A DNA stretch of 64,000 bases from positions 128,001 through 192,000 of the forward strand of contig CBDBOV010000002.1 in the NCBI GenBank assembly GCA_965208575.1, read 5' to 3'. Positions within the stretch are counted from its first letter, which is position 1. Each line of letters opens with the position of its first letter. This DNA is from Spirochaetia bacterium (GTDB taxonomy: Bacteria; Spirochaetota; Spirochaetia; SZUA-6; Bin103). Under the pieces are notes generated by a model, which made no database searches, had not been told where the DNA came from, and saw nothing but the letters and a program-made list of their open reading frames with translations. This document shows, piece by piece, positions 43,212 through 53,968 of the stretch. The position numbers and the translations under genes are program-made.

Positions 43212-44812
43212 TGGGGAGGACGCCGAACGTCGTCTATTTCCTCGTGGATGACATGGGGTATGGGGACGTGTCGTGCCTCAATCCACGTGGCAGAATCGCC
43301 ACGCCGCAGTTCGACCGGCTGGCGCGCGAGGGAATGGTGTGCCGCGACGCCCACTCCAGCTCGGCGGTGTGCTCGCCGTCCCGCTACGGCGTGCTCACCG
43401 GCCGCTACAACTGGCGCAGTCCCCTGCAGCGGGGCATCGTCAGCCCGTACGGCCCGCCGCTGATCGACGAACGGCGGCTCACGGTGGGCAAGCTGCTGCA
43501 GCGCCACGGCTACCATTGCGGTGCCATCGGCAAGTGGCACCTGGGCATGGAGTGGCCGTTCGATTCCGGCGCCCGGCCCGGCCCGACCGACGCATCCGCC
43601 TCCTGGCCATCCGCGGCCGACGAGGATTTTCTGCCGCCGCACGCCGCCGGCGAACCGGCCTCCGCCGAGCTCGAGGCAACGGAGCGGCAGCGGGCGCGGT
43701 GGCGCGAGTTCTTTGCGCGCAGGATCGCGGGCGGCCCCACCGCGCGCGGGTTCGACTACTACTTCGGCGTCGACGTTCCCAACTGGCCGCCCTACTGCTA
43801 TATCGAGAATGACGCCGCCATCGGCGCGCCGAGCGAGTTCCTGCCGGCGCGGCTGCTCGGCGACAACCTGGCCAGCCTGCCGGGTCCGGCGATGCCCTAC
43901 TGGCACTTTGAGCAGCTCCTGCCGGCGTTCGCCCGCGCCGCCGACCGCTACATCGCCGCGCGCGCCGCCGACCGGCAGCCGTTCTTCCTGTACCTGCCGA
44001 TGACCTCACCGCATACCCCGCTGTCGGTGAACAAGCGCTGGATCGGCGGCAGCGGGCTGAACAACCTGTACGCCGACCTGGTGATGGAAACCGACGACGT
44101 GTTCGGCCAGGTGCTCGACTCCCTGGAGCGCCACGGCGTCGCCGGCGACACGCTGGTCATCTTCACCAGCGACAACGGCTGCGCGCCCTACATCGGCGTC
44201 GACCAGATGGAGGCGCAGGGCCACCACCCGAGCGGCGGCTTCCGCGGCTACAAGTCGGACGCCTGGGACGGCGGACACCGCGTGCCGTTCATCGCGCGCT
44301 GGCCGGGGGTAATCGAGCCTGGCAGCGGCAGCGACCGGCTGGTGTGCCTGACCGACCTGCTGGCCACCTGCGCCGACTTCCTGGAGGATCCGCTGCCGGC
44401 GGACGGGGGCGAGGACAGCGTCAGCATGCTGCCGCTGTTCGAGGGCCGCGACGAGCCGATCCGCGACCACGTGGTGCACCACTCGATCTCCGGCAAGTTC
44501 GCCATCCGCGACGAGCGCTGGAAGCTGGTGCTGTGCCCGGGGTCGGGAGGCTGGACCCTGAATGACGCCGCCGCGGCCCGCGAAGGGCTGCCCGTGGTGC
44601 AGCTCTACGACATGCGGCGCGACCCGGCGGAGCGGCGCAACCTGCATGCCGAACACCCGGCGGTGGTGAAGGAGATGGTGGCGCACCTGAAGCGGCTGGT
44701 CGCCGCCGGGCGCAGCACGCCGGGGCCGCAGCAACGCAACGACGCGGCCGTGGACATCTGGAAGGCGGACACGCTCCCGGGCATCGATCCGGCGCTGTTC
44801 GACGACTACTGA
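43211..44812 (+). CDS. Arylsulfatase (Cys-type)
   Basis: PNVVYFLVDDMGYGD, CSPSRYGVLTGRY, GKWHLG, FTSDNG. Confidence 0.93.
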   Translation: MGRTPNVVYFLVDDMGYGDVSCLNPRGRIATPQFDRLAREGMVCRDAHSSSAVCSPSRYGVLTGRYNWRSPLQRGIVSPYGPPLIDERRLTVGKLLQRHGYHCGAIGKWHLGMEWPFDSGARPGPTDASASWPSAADEDFLPPHAAGEPASAELEATERQRARWREFFARRIAGGPTARGFDYYFGVDVPNWPPYCYIENDAAIGAPSEFLPARLLGDNLASLPGPAMPYWHFEQLLPAFARAADRYIAARAADRQPFFLYLPMTSPHTPLSVNKRWIGGSGLNNLYADLVMETDDVFGQVLDSLERHGVAGDTLVIFTSDNGCAPYIGVDQMEAQGHHPSGGFRGYKSDAWDGGHRVPFIARWPGVIEPGSGSDRLVCLTDLLATCADFLEDPLPADGGEDSVSMLPLFEGRDEPIRDHVVHHSISGKFAIRDERWKLVLCPGSGGWTLNDAAAAREGLPVVQLYDMRRDPAERRNLHAEHPAVVKEMVAHLKRLVAAGRSTPGPQQRNDAAVDIWKADTLPGIDPALFDDY

Positions 44813-44894
44813 GCCGCGAAGAACGGACGGCGAAGCTCTCCTTTCGAAGAGGCGAATCACCTGGTAACTTCTCCCTCTGATAAGGAGAAAATGG

Positions 44895-46229
44895 TTGGAC
44901 CTCACGATGCGTCAGGCACTGGTGGAACAGCTTGCGGAGTCGCTCGCGCGGCCGCTGCCTTCGCTCACGCCGCGGCGCGTGTTCGGGCGCAGCGGCATGC
45001 CGGGCAAGGCGACGGCGGTGACCGGCATGCGGCGCGCCGGCAAGACCACCTTTCTGCACCAGCTTCGGCGCGAGCGTGTCGAGCGGGGCATATCGCGGGA
45101 CCGGCTGCCGTTCGTCTCCTTCGAGGACGAGCGCCTCGCCGGACTGCAAGCGGCCGAACTGGGCGTCCTGGTTGACGAGTACTACCGGCGCGTGCCGCGG
45201 GCGCACGACGGGACCGTGACGTGGTGCTTCGACGAAGTCCAACTGGTGCCGGGCTGGGAGCGGTTCGTGCGCCGGCTGCTCGACGCGGGCGGCAGCGAGG
45301 TGTTGATCACCGGGTCGTCCGCGGCGCTGCTGTCGCGTGAGATAGCCACCGCGCTGCGCGGGCGGGCGTGGCAGGTGCTGATCCATCCGTTCGCGTTCGC
45401 TGAAGCGCTGCACCACCGGGGGGTCTCGATCCCCGGTCCCCAGGATCGCGCATCGGGGCGCGAACGTCATCGACTGGAGCGGGCGCTGCTCGACTGGCTG
45501 GCCGCAGGCGGCTTTCCGGAAGCGCAAGGACTGGACCCCGAGTCGCGGCATCAGCTCCATCGCGACTACGTGGACGTGGCGGTGCTGCGCGACGTGGTGG
45601 AGCGCCACCAGGTGCGTAACGTCGCGGCGCTGCGCTGGCTGGTGCGCCACCTCCTGGGCAACGCCGGTTCCACGTTCAGCGTGGAGAAGTTCCACGCCGC
45701 GCTGCGTTCCGAGGGCGTGCCGGTGGGCCGCGACACGCTGCACGAATACCTCGCATACCTGGAGGACTGCTACCTGGTGCGGGTGGTGTGGATGGAGTCG
45801 GCTTCCGAGCGCCAGCGCATGGTCAACCCGCGCAAGGCGTACCCGGTCGACCCCGGCCTGATCCCGGTGTTCGACCGCAGCGGGCGGGCCAACGTGGGGC
45901 ATGCGCTGGAGACCGCGGTTCTGATCGAACTGGAGCGCCGCCGGCGCGAGGTCACCTACGTGCGCACGCCGGAGGGCTACGAGGTGGACTTTCTCGCGCG
46001 CGACGCCACCGGCGGCATGGAGCTGATTCAGGTGTGTGCGGACGCCTCCGACCCGGGGACCGCGGCCCGCGAGCTGCGCGCCTTGGCGGCTGCCGGCGAT
46101 CGGTTCCCGCGCGCCGGCAGGCGGCTGATCACCCTGACCGGTGACGCCTTCCCCTCGCAACGGCCCGCGGGCGTGGCAGTGCAAGCGGCCGCCGAATGGC
46201 TGCTCGCGCCGTACGCCGCCGTCAGGTGA
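44895..46229 (+). CDS. AAA_14 ATPase with DUF4143 and C-terminal nuclease-like segment
   Basis: GMRRAGKT, FDEVQ, ITGSS, KAYPVDPG, EVDF...IQV. Confidence 0.85.
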   Translation: MDLTMRQALVEQLAESLARPLPSLTPRRVFGRSGMPGKATAVTGMRRAGKTTFLHQLRRERVERGISRDRLPFVSFEDERLAGLQAAELGVLVDEYYRRVPRAHDGTVTWCFDEVQLVPGWERFVRRLLDAGGSEVLITGSSAALLSREIATALRGRAWQVLIHPFAFAEALHHRGVSIPGPQDRASGRERHRLERALLDWLAAGGFPEAQGLDPESRHQLHRDYVDVAVLRDVVERHQVRNVAALRWLVRHLLGNAGSTFSVEKFHAALRSEGVPVGRDTLHEYLAYLEDCYLVRVVWMESASERQRMVNPRKAYPVDPGLIPVFDRSGRANVGHALETAVLIELERRRREVTYVRTPEGYEVDFLARDATGGMELIQVCADASDPGTAARELRALAAAGDRFPRAGRRLITLTGDAFPSQRPAGVAVQAAAEWLLAPYAAVR

Positions 46230-46274
46230 CGCGGATGAGAACGTGGTCTTCCCGCGCCGCGCCGCCTCCAGCCG

Positions 46275-46682
46275 TCACTGCGTGCCGGACGGCTCGACCC
46301 GGATGAACGCCAGGCCGGAGATGCGTTCGAAGTGGCCGTCGCCGGTGAGCAGCACGGCGCCGCTCTCCATGGCCTGCGCCGCGATCCAGACATCGTTCAC
46401 GGGAATCGGCGTGCCGGCGCGCCGCAACTGCGCGGATATGCGGCCGAAGCGATCGGCGGTCTTGCAGGTCGCAGGATGGAATTCGACGAACGGACTGGCG
46501 AGGAACTCATCCAGTTGCGTCCGGTTCCTGTCGTAACGGGTGCCATGGCGAAAGCCGTACAGCAACTCCGCAACCGTCGCCACCGGTAGCAGGACCCGTT
46601 GCGCACCGCGGACTTTCGTTCTGACCTCGGCGGCACCGCGCATGTACGCGGTGTACACGTTGGTGTCGAGCGCGAGGATCAT
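46275..46682 (-). CDS. vapC: VapC PIN-domain toxin
   Basis: LDTNVY, AELLYG, IPVNDVWIAA, LLTGDGHF. Confidence 0.9.
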   Translation of the reverse strand: MILALDTNVYTAYMRGAAEVRTKVRGAQRVLLPVATVAELLYGFRHGTRYDRNRTQLDEFLASPFVEFHPATCKTADRFGRISAQLRRAGTPIPVNDVWIAAQAMESGAVLLTGDGHFERISGLAFIRVEPSGTQ

Positions 46683-46942
46683 CGCCAGAACGGATCGTCG
46701 GCCCGGTCCAACTCCGCCACCGCTTCCAGGACGGTACGCTCCTCCTCGGCCGACCACGAGCCGAAGAATCGGTCGAGGGCGTTGCCGATGGTCGGCGGCG
46801 CTTCGCCGGGACCGCTCATGCCTGCCCCTTTCCGCATCAGCGCCAGGGCTGCCCTGTTCAACGACGTGTCGCGGCGCTGTGCCTCTTCGCGTACGCGTCG
46901 TTCCAACTCCACGTCGCGAAACCGAATCGTCAACTGCGTCAT
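46679..46942 (-). CDS. Putative VapB/FitA-like RHH antitoxin
   Basis: MTQLTIR...EAQRRDTSLN...GSWSAEE; overlaps the vapC start. Confidence 0.75.
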   Translation of the reverse strand: MTQLTIRFRDVELERRVREEAQRRDTSLNRAALALMRKGAGMSGPGEAPPTIGNALDRFFGSWSAEEERTVLEAVAELDRADDPFWR

Positions 46943-47048
46943 GGCGGAAAGCGTAATGCGAGGGCGGAGTCGGTTCAAGTCATACTGTGAGGCAGAATGA
47001 GTCACCAAGTACCACTGGTGATCGGTCGTTGGCGAGGCACGCGAGCCG

Positions 47049-48329
47049 TCAGGTGATGCGGATGAGTTGGTCGCGGCGCGGGCCGATGGACACCCAGCGC
47101 ACGGGAATGGCGGCGGCGGTCTCGATGGCGCGCACGTAGGACTGCGCCTCGGGCGGCAAATCGCCGAAGCTGCGCGCGCCGCTGATGTCGCGGCGCCAGC
47201 CGGGCAGGGTCTCGTACACCGGGCGGGCGCGTTCCAGCACCGCCGTGGCGGGGAAGTCGTCCACCCGCCGGCCGTCCACCTCGTAGGCGGTGCAGACCGG
47301 AATGGCGTCCAGGTAGCCGAGCACGTCCAGCAGCGTGACCGCCAGCTCGGTGGCGCCCTGCACGGCGCAGCCGTAGCGGGTGGCGACGGCGTCGAACCAG
47401 CCGACCCGGCGCGGGCGCCCGGTGGTGGCGCCGTACTCGCCGGCGTCGCCGCCGCGCTCGCGCAGCTCGTCGCCGCACGCGCCGGTGAGCTCGGTGGTGA
47501 ACGGGCCGGCGCCGACGCAGGAGGAGTACGCCTTGACGGTCGCTACCACCCGGTCGATGGCATGCGCGGGCACGCCGGCGCCCACGGTGGCGAACCCGGC
47601 CAGCGGCGAGGAGGAGGTGACGTACGGGTAGATGCCGTGGTCGGGGTCGCGCAGGGCGCCGAGCTGGCCCTCCAGCAGCAGGTGCTTGCCGTCGCGCAGC
47701 GCCGCGTGCAGCAGCGCGGTGGCGTCCACCACCATCTCGCGCACTCCGGCGCCGAGGGCAAGCATCTCCTCGACCACGCGCTCCAGGGACAGCGGCGCGG
47801 CATCGTACAGGTGCTCGCGCAGCACGTTGATGCGCGGCAGGGTGTGCTCGAGGCGGCCGCGCAGGTGGCCGGCGTCGAACAGCTCGCGCACCTGGAAGCC
47901 CACCTTCAGGTACTTGTCGGCGTAGAACGGCGCGATGCCGGACTGGGTGGAGCCGAACTTGGCCGCCCCGCGCCGCGCCTCCTCGAGCCGGTCCAGCTCC
48001 ACGTGCCACGGCAGCACCACCTGCGCGCGGTCGGCGATCAGCACGCGCGGATTGGGCGCGCCGCGGGCGCGCAGCTCGGCCAGCTCGGCCAGCAGCGCCG
48101 CCACGTCGACCGCCACGCCGGGGCCGAGCAGGTTGGTGGTGTGGGCGTGGCACACCCCGCACGGCACCAGGTGCAGGGCGAACTTGCCGTACTGGTTGAT
48201 GATGGTGTGGCCGGCGTTCTTGCCGCCCTGAAAACGGATCACCACGTCGGCGGTCTCCGCCAGGTAGTCGCACAGCTTGCCCTTGCCCTCGTCGCCCCAG
48301 TTGGCGCCGACCACCGCCGTCACCGGCAT
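47049..48329 (-). CDS. purA: Adenylosuccinate synthetase
   Basis: GANWGDEGKGK, NAGHT, GATTGRPRRVGWFD. Confidence 0.96.
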   Translation of the reverse strand: MPVTAVVGANWGDEGKGKLCDYLAETADVVIRFQGGKNAGHTIINQYGKFALHLVPCGVCHAHTTNLLGPGVAVDVAALLAELAELRARGAPNPRVLIADRAQVVLPWHVELDRLEEARRGAAKFGSTQSGIAPFYADKYLKVGFQVRELFDAGHLRGRLEHTLPRINVLREHLYDAAPLSLERVVEEMLALGAGVREMVVDATALLHAALRDGKHLLLEGQLGALRDPDHGIYPYVTSSSPLAGFATVGAGVPAHAIDRVVATVKAYSSCVGAGPFTTELTGACGDELRERGGDAGEYGATTGRPRRVGWFDAVATRYGCAVQGATELAVTLLDVLGYLDAIPVCTAYEVDGRRVDDFPATAVLERARPVYETLPGWRRDISGARSFGDLPPEAQSYVRAIETAAAIPVRWVSIGPRRDQLIRIT

Positions 48330-48350
48330 CGCCTGCTCCTCATCGTGCTG

Positions 48351-50204
48351 CTAGCCGCCCGCCTGGTCCGAGATTACCGCCCGGCGAGCGGCGCCGGGAG
48401 TGGACCCGCGGTCGCCATTGGCGCCCGCAACCTCCGTACCGGGGGCCGCGGCATCGGCGCCGCGCTGGCGCGCCCGCCGCCGCCTGATGCAGGCGGCCAC
48501 GAAGCTGTGGAACAGCGGATTGGGGCGCGCCGGCCGGCTGGTGAACTCGGGGTGGAACTGTACCCCGATGAAGAACGGATGGTCGGGCAGCTCGGCGACC
48601 TGGATGATCGGCTGCCCCGGCGCCCAGCCGGAGAACACCATGCCGCCCGCTTCGAACGCATCCTTGTACAGCGGATTGAACTCGTAGCGGTGGCGGAATC
48701 GCTCGTGCGCCTTCTGTCCGCGGTACAGGCCGGCCACCCGCGACCCGGCCAGCAGCGCCACCTCGTGCCGGCCGAGCCGCATCGAGCCGCCGATGCCCTC
48801 GATCTCGTACTGCTCCGGCAGCAGGCACACCACCGGATCGGCGGTGCTGGCGTCGTTCTCGGTGGTATTGGCGTCGGCCATGTCGCAGCAGGAGCGGGCG
48901 TATTCCACCATCGCCGCCTGGAACCCGTAGCAGATGCCCAGCATCGGCAGGCCGCCGGTGCGGGCGTGGGTAATGCAGGCGATCTTGCCCTCCCAGCCGC
49001 GCGCCCCGAACCCGCCGGGCACGATGATGCCGTCGATGTCGGCGAGGTGGCCGGCGGCGCTGGCCACCCGCTCGGCGCGGCCGCCGGCGTGTTCGATGGC
49101 GTCGGTCGGGATGTCCACCACTTCCACCTCGACGCCGCAGGCGCAGCCGGCGTGCTCGAGCGCGCTGTGGATGCTGGCATAGGTGTCTCGCGGGCCCATG
49201 TACTTGCCGGCCAGGCCCACCACCACGCGCTCGCCGGCGCTGCCCAGGCGCTCCAGGTAGGTGGTGAAGTTGAACCGCACCTGCCGTTGCCGCGGCGTCA
49301 GGCCGAAGTAGTCCAGGGTCAGCCGGTCCACGTCCTGCGCCGCCAGGTGGTCCGGCACCTGGTACACCGACCGCTGGGTGTGCAGGTCGATCACGTTGCG
49401 CTCCGGCAGGCGCAGCCGCTGCGCGAGCTTGCGCAGCACCCCCGGCTCCACCCGATTCTCGCACCGGCACACCAGCATGTGCGGCTTGATGCCCATCTGC
49501 ATCAGCATCTGGGTGCCGTGCTGGGCGGCCTTGCTCTTCTGCTCGTTCAGGTGGGGGGCCTCGATGATCCACGCCAGGTTGATGAAGAACACGTTGCGCT
49601 CGCCTTCCTGGTAGGCGAGCTCGCTCATCGCCGAGATGTAGGGCCGCACCTCCTCGTCGCCGACCGTGCCGCCGATCTCCACCAGCGTGATGTCCGCCTC
49701 GTTGAACAGCGACGACTCGCGCACGAAGCGGATCACCTCGCCGGTCACGTGCGGATAGAACTGCACGTCGGAGCCGGAGAACTGGCCGCTGCGTTCCAAC
49801 TCGTTCAGCCGCCGGGTCAGCCGCCCGTTGGTGAAGATGTTGTGCTGCGAGAAGCTCTTGTCGACGAACCGCTCGTAGGTGCCGATGTCCATGTCGCACT
49901 CGGTGCCGTCGTCGAGCACGAACACCTCGCCGTGGCGGAACGGGCTCAGGGTGCCGGCGTCCTCGTTGAAGTAGCCGTCCATCTTGATCAGGTTGGTGCG
50001 ATGGCCGCGTTCCTCCAGCAGCGCCGCCAGGCCGGCCGAGAACACGCCCTTGCCGAGGCCGCTGATCACGCTGCCGGTGACGATGATGAACTTGGTCTGC
50101 CCCGGCCGGTAGCCGGGCGGCAGGATGGAGTACTCCTCGCCCGGGTCGGAGCGGCTGCTGAGCGCGCGCAGGCGGTCGGGGATCCTGCCGGGGTGCTGCG
50201 TCAC
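48351..50204 (-). CDS. pyrG: CTP synthase
   Basis: SGLGKG, HGEVFVLDDG, GICYGFQ, ERFRHRYE, QFHPEF. Confidence 0.93.
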   Translation of the reverse strand: MTQHPGRIPDRLRALSSRSDPGEEYSILPPGYRPGQTKFIIVTGSVISGLGKGVFSAGLAALLEERGHRTNLIKMDGYFNEDAGTLSPFRHGEVFVLDDGTECDMDIGTYERFVDKSFSQHNIFTNGRLTRRLNELERSGQFSGSDVQFYPHVTGEVIRFVRESSLFNEADITLVEIGGTVGDEEVRPYISAMSELAYQEGERNVFFINLAWIIEAPHLNEQKSKAAQHGTQMLMQMGIKPHMLVCRCENRVEPGVLRKLAQRLRLPERNVIDLHTQRSVYQVPDHLAAQDVDRLTLDYFGLTPRQRQVRFNFTTYLERLGSAGERVVVGLAGKYMGPRDTYASIHSALEHAGCACGVEVEVVDIPTDAIEHAGGRAERVASAAGHLADIDGIIVPGGFGARGWEGKIACITHARTGGLPMLGICYGFQAAMVEYARSCCDMADANTTENDASTADPVVCLLPEQYEIEGIGGSMRLGRHEVALLAGSRVAGLYRGQKAHERFRHRYEFNPLYKDAFEAGGMVFSGWAPGQPIIQVAELPDHPFFIGVQFHPEFTSRPARPNPLFHSFVAACIRRRRARQRGADAAAPGTEVAGANGDRGSTPGAARRAVISDQAGG

Positions 50205-51433
50205 GCGGCGTTGGCCTTCAGGATGTGCTTGAGCTTGTTGCCGTAGTAGGCAGCGAGGTGGGGATGGTGGATGAACACCTCCCGGTCGTCGTATTCGAGC
50301 GTCATGTAGGACTTCGACGGGATGATGGGAACATCGGGAAAATTGTACACCTTGACGGTGCGCGCGAGCAGGTCCTCGGTGGCGAGCCGGCGGCGGTCGG
50401 CGTCATAGAGCGGCGCGGTGTCCAGCCCGTGCGCCTCGATCCGCTCCAGGGTGGCGGCCAGGCGCTCCTCCAGTTCGTCGCGGCTCATCTTGTAGCGGTC
50501 GTCGAGGGAGGCGAACACCAGCGTGCTCTCGTACACCCGCATCAGCTTGCCCATCCGCTCGTGCAACACCGATGCCAGTTCGCGGGCGCGGGGGTGGCGG
50601 TCGGCCGGGACTCCCTCGCCGAAGCGGATCAGCACCCGCGAGCGCTGGTCGCGGATGCGGCGCGCGAACGGCATCTTCATGAACGCGTAGTAGTGATCGT
50701 AGACGTACTTCGCGATCTTGCTCTTGCGCGAGCGGGCCTGGTACTCGCGGAACACGATGTCCTCCGGGATGCGCTCGTAGGAGATGTTGACCGGTACGTA
50801 CAGCGCCCCGTCGATGCCCATCTGGCGGATCGCCGTGTTCAGCACCAGGAACACGTACGGCGACAGCTCGGCGAACTGGCCCGAGTAGGAGCGCCCGTAC
50901 TTCGCCTCGCCGGTGTTGCGGTCGATTTCGTAGCCGGGGAAGATCATCAGGTGCAGCCCTTCGCCGAGCACGCGCTTGATCTGCGCCAGGTAGAGCTTGT
51001 TGTACTGCTCCTTGGTGAGCACGAACGGCCGCGTGCGCAGCGCGCGCATCGTCCAGTCGGCGAGCCAGTGGCGGGCGTAGAACGAGCGCCGGTCGCGGAT
51101 GGTCATGAACGCGCCGCACTTGCGCAGAAAGGTGTCGATCGGGCCGACGTACAGGTTCTCGCCGGCCTGGATGGCGGTGCGGATGTAGCGCTGCGCGAGG
51201 TAGGTCTGCAGCAGCATCCAGTCGTACTCGCTCTGGTGGTTGGGAATGAAGATCAGCGTGCGCCCGCCGCGAGACAGCTCCTCGACCTGGTCCAGCCCCT
51301 CGACCTGCACCCCGCTGAAGCAGTTGCCGAACAGAAGCACCTCCACCGTGTTGGCGGTGTTGACCACGTAGCGGTCGCTGCGCCGGTGGTGCAGAAGATC
51401 GAGGATCTGTTCCTGGGAGAGATTGGATCTCAT
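50201..51433 (-). CDS. Glycerolipid acyltransferase (PlsB/PlsC-like)
   Basis: HX4D motif NHQSEYD, AGENL, VPVNISYE. Confidence 0.75.
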   Translation of the reverse strand: MRSNLSQEQILDLLHHRRSDRYVVNTANTVEVLLFGNCFSGVQVEGLDQVEELSRGGRTLIFIPNHQSEYDWMLLQTYLAQRYIRTAIQAGENLYVGPIDTFLRKCGAFMTIRDRRSFYARHWLADWTMRALRTRPFVLTKEQYNKLYLAQIKRVLGEGLHLMIFPGYEIDRNTGEAKYGRSYSGQFAELSPYVFLVLNTAIRQMGIDGALYVPVNISYERIPEDIVFREYQARSRKSKIAKYVYDHYYAFMKMPFARRIRDQRSRVLIRFGEGVPADRHPRARELASVLHERMGKLMRVYESTLVFASLDDRYKMSRDELEERLAATLERIEAHGLDTAPLYDADRRRLATEDLLARTVKVYNFPDVPIIPSKSYMTLEYDDREVFIHHPHLAAYYGNKLKHILKANAA

Positions 51434-51506
51434 GGGCGGGACATTCGTCTCGACAGTGCCGTCACGGCAGAATCATGCGGGCCCGGGAATCGAACCACGC
51501 GCGATC

Positions 51507-52814
51507 CTACCAGAAACCGGCGACCAGATTCTCGAACTGTTCCTGGCGGCCCGACCTCTTCTCCGGCTCGCCCGCCTCCAGCACCCACTGCTCCAGGTCG
51601 CGGAAGCCGGCGGCGCCGCTCTCGATCTGGGCCCCCGTGCCGGTGTCGTAGCTGGCGTAGCGCTCCCGGCGCCACCGGTCGAGCGTGCCGTCGGCAATGA
51701 TGCGGTCGGCGATCAGCAGGCCGCGGGCGAACGCGTCGATGCTGCCCACGTGGGCGGCGAACATGTCGCGCACGTCGGTCGACTCGCGGCGCAGCTTGGC
51801 GTCGAAGTTGAACCCGCCCGGAGCGATGCCGCCCTGGCGCAGCACGACCATCATCACCGCGCTGGTCACCGCCACGTCGAGGTTGAACTGGTCGGTGTCC
51901 CAGCCGATCAGTTCGTCGCCGGTGTTGGCGTCGATCGAGCCGAGCAGGCCGGCGTCGGAGGCGGTCTGCAGCTCGTGGGCGAAGGTGTGGCCGGCGAGGG
52001 TGGCGTGGTTGCACTCGACGTTGAGCTTGAACCGGTCGAGCCCGTAGCCGCGCAGGAAGGCGAGCACGGTGGCGGCGTCGAAGTCGTACTGGTGGGTGGT
52101 GGGCTCCTTCGGCTTGGGCTCGATCAGCAGGGTGCCGTCGAAGCCGATCTCGCGCGCGTAGTCGGCGGCCATGTGCAGGAAGCGCGCGAGGTGGTCCTGC
52201 TCCCGCTTCATGTCGGTGTTGAGCAGGGTGGCGTAGCCCTCGCGGCCGCCCCAGAACACGTAGCCTGCGCCGCCGAGGCGGTGGGTCACCTCCATCGCCT
52301 TCTTGACCTGCGCCGCCGCGTAGGCGAACACGTGCGCGTCGGGGTTGGTGGCGGCGCCGTTCATGTAGCGCGGGTTGGCGAACAGGTTGGCGGTGCCCCA
52401 CAGCAGCCGGATGCCGGTGTCGGCCTGCAGCTTCTCGGCCAGGTCGACCACCTGGTCCAGGTTGCGGTTGGATTCCGCCAGGGAGGCGCCCTCGGGGGCG
52501 ATGTCGCGGTCGTGGAAACAGTAGAAGCCGACGCCCAGCCGGGCGATGAAGTCGAACGCCACGCGCATGCGGCGCAAGGCGTTGTCGACCGAGTCGACCG
52601 GGTCGTCCCAGGGGCGCACCAGGGTCTGCTGGCCGAACGGGTCGACGCCGGTGCCGCGGAAGGTGTGCCAGTAGGCGACCGCGAAGCGGAAGTGGTCCGC
52701 CATGCGCTTGCCGGCCACGATCCGGTCGGCGTCGTAGTAGCGGTAGCTCAGCGGGTTGCGCGATTCGGGGCCTTCGTAGCGGATCGGCTCGATGCCGGCA
52801 AAGTAGTCTTCCAT
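51507..52814 (-). CDS. xylA: Xylose isomerase
   Basis: [41 protein letters not shown]. Confidence 0.96.
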   Translation of the reverse strand: MEDYFAGIEPIRYEGPESRNPLSYRYYDADRIVAGKRMADHFRFAVAYWHTFRGTGVDPFGQQTLVRPWDDPVDSVDNALRRMRVAFDFIARLGVGFYCFHDRDIAPEGASLAESNRNLDQVVDLAEKLQADTGIRLLWGTANLFANPRYMNGAATNPDAHVFAYAAAQVKKAMEVTHRLGGAGYVFWGGREGYATLLNTDMKREQDHLARFLHMAADYAREIGFDGTLLIEPKPKEPTTHQYDFDAATVLAFLRGYGLDRFKLNVECNHATLAGHTFAHELQTASDAGLLGSIDANTGDELIGWDTDQFNLDVAVTSAVMMVVLRQGGIAPGGFNFDAKLRRESTDVRDMFAAHVGSIDAFARGLLIADRIIADGTLDRWRRERYASYDTGTGAQIESGAAGFRDLEQWVLEAGEPEKRSGRQEQFENLVAGFW

Positions 52815-53344
52815 GGCGACTCCCGGACGGTACGGCAACAGGCGCCCGGTGGTCAAACCCCGGCCCGCCGGGCGGGATGCGAACGCGGAAAGCGGTAAGC
52901 AGGTCATTGCGGCATGGCCTACCCGCTCGCCGGCGCGGAAGCGAACATCCGGGGACTGGCGAAACTGGATAGGCGAGGCGATGGAGCGCGGCTATACCCC
53001 GACCGCCGGCAATCGGCAACGCAGCGGACGCGCAACCAACGAGGGCCGCGTGTTCGCAACCGTGAACGGCACGGCGACGATTCGGGGCGCAGGCTGCCAC
53101 GACGGCGCGGTCACGCCCCAACCCGCTCGATTGCCGCGGGCGATCCGACGGTCCGCCCGCGTTCCTTGGCAGGGTCGTCGGTCGTCGCGGCGCCGCCTCG
53201 ATGCCCCGAGACCGTCCCGGCGCCGAAGCAGCGCCGGCACCACGGCGCGCTGCTTCCTCGGCAGGCACGCCCTCGTCCTGCATGACTCGCTTCGCCGGGT
53301 CGGAGCGGCGGACAGTGTCCCGCGCTGGCGCGGACGTCCGGCGG

Positions 53345-53568
53345 GCCGCGGTGTAGCCCAGTTCATGCACCACGTAGTCGAACAGACTGCCGTACCCGCG
53401 CGTCAGGTGGAGGCGGCGCGCCTCGATCTCGCGCAGGTGGTCGAGGACCAGGATCTGCAGCGCCTGCTCGTGGCGGGCGAGTTGCACGGTTTGCGCCAGG
53501 AGGAGGTAGTCGGGAAGCGCGGCAACGGTCGACCAGAGGACGGGAGAAGGCGACTCACTCATACTCAT
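53345..53568 (-). pseudogene. N-terminal remnant of an HNH-endonuclease-associated (DUF222-like) mobile gene
   Basis: LARHEQALQILVLDHLREIEARRLHLTRGYGSLFDYVVHELGY followed by unrelated sequence; no HNH motif. Confidence 0.55.
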
Positions 53569-53968
53569 AAGTATACCATGGGATTGAAAATAGCGGATTT
53601 CTCCGAGTCCTGGACTGCGCTGAAACGGCGCCTGGAAGGCCGCGCAACGGGGCGCTGACGCGTGAACGGAGGCCAAGTCGTTCCGGGGCAGTCGGAGGGA
53701 CCGCCGCGGGCCGTAGCGAGCCATGGTGAGCCCGGCAAATCGCGTCAAGGGGTGCGCGCAACTTTTTCGCGATTCTTTCCATGCCCGCGATCTGCGGGGA
53801 CGGCACACTGCCTGGTCCGAAAAAGCCGGCTGGGAGGTGATGCTCGGGCATCGGTTCTCGGCGTCTTCCCTGTCACGGAGTGACCGTACAGGCTCGTGCA
53901 TCTCATTCTCGGTCCACGGCTGCCGCCCTTGGCGTCCCCACCCCCTGCCGGGCTGCGTTCGCGCCTTC

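Noticed and set aside
51476-51506. tRNA-like GGTTCGATTCCC on the minus strand after xylA
   Set aside because: T-stem does not pair and there is no acceptor or anticodon arm
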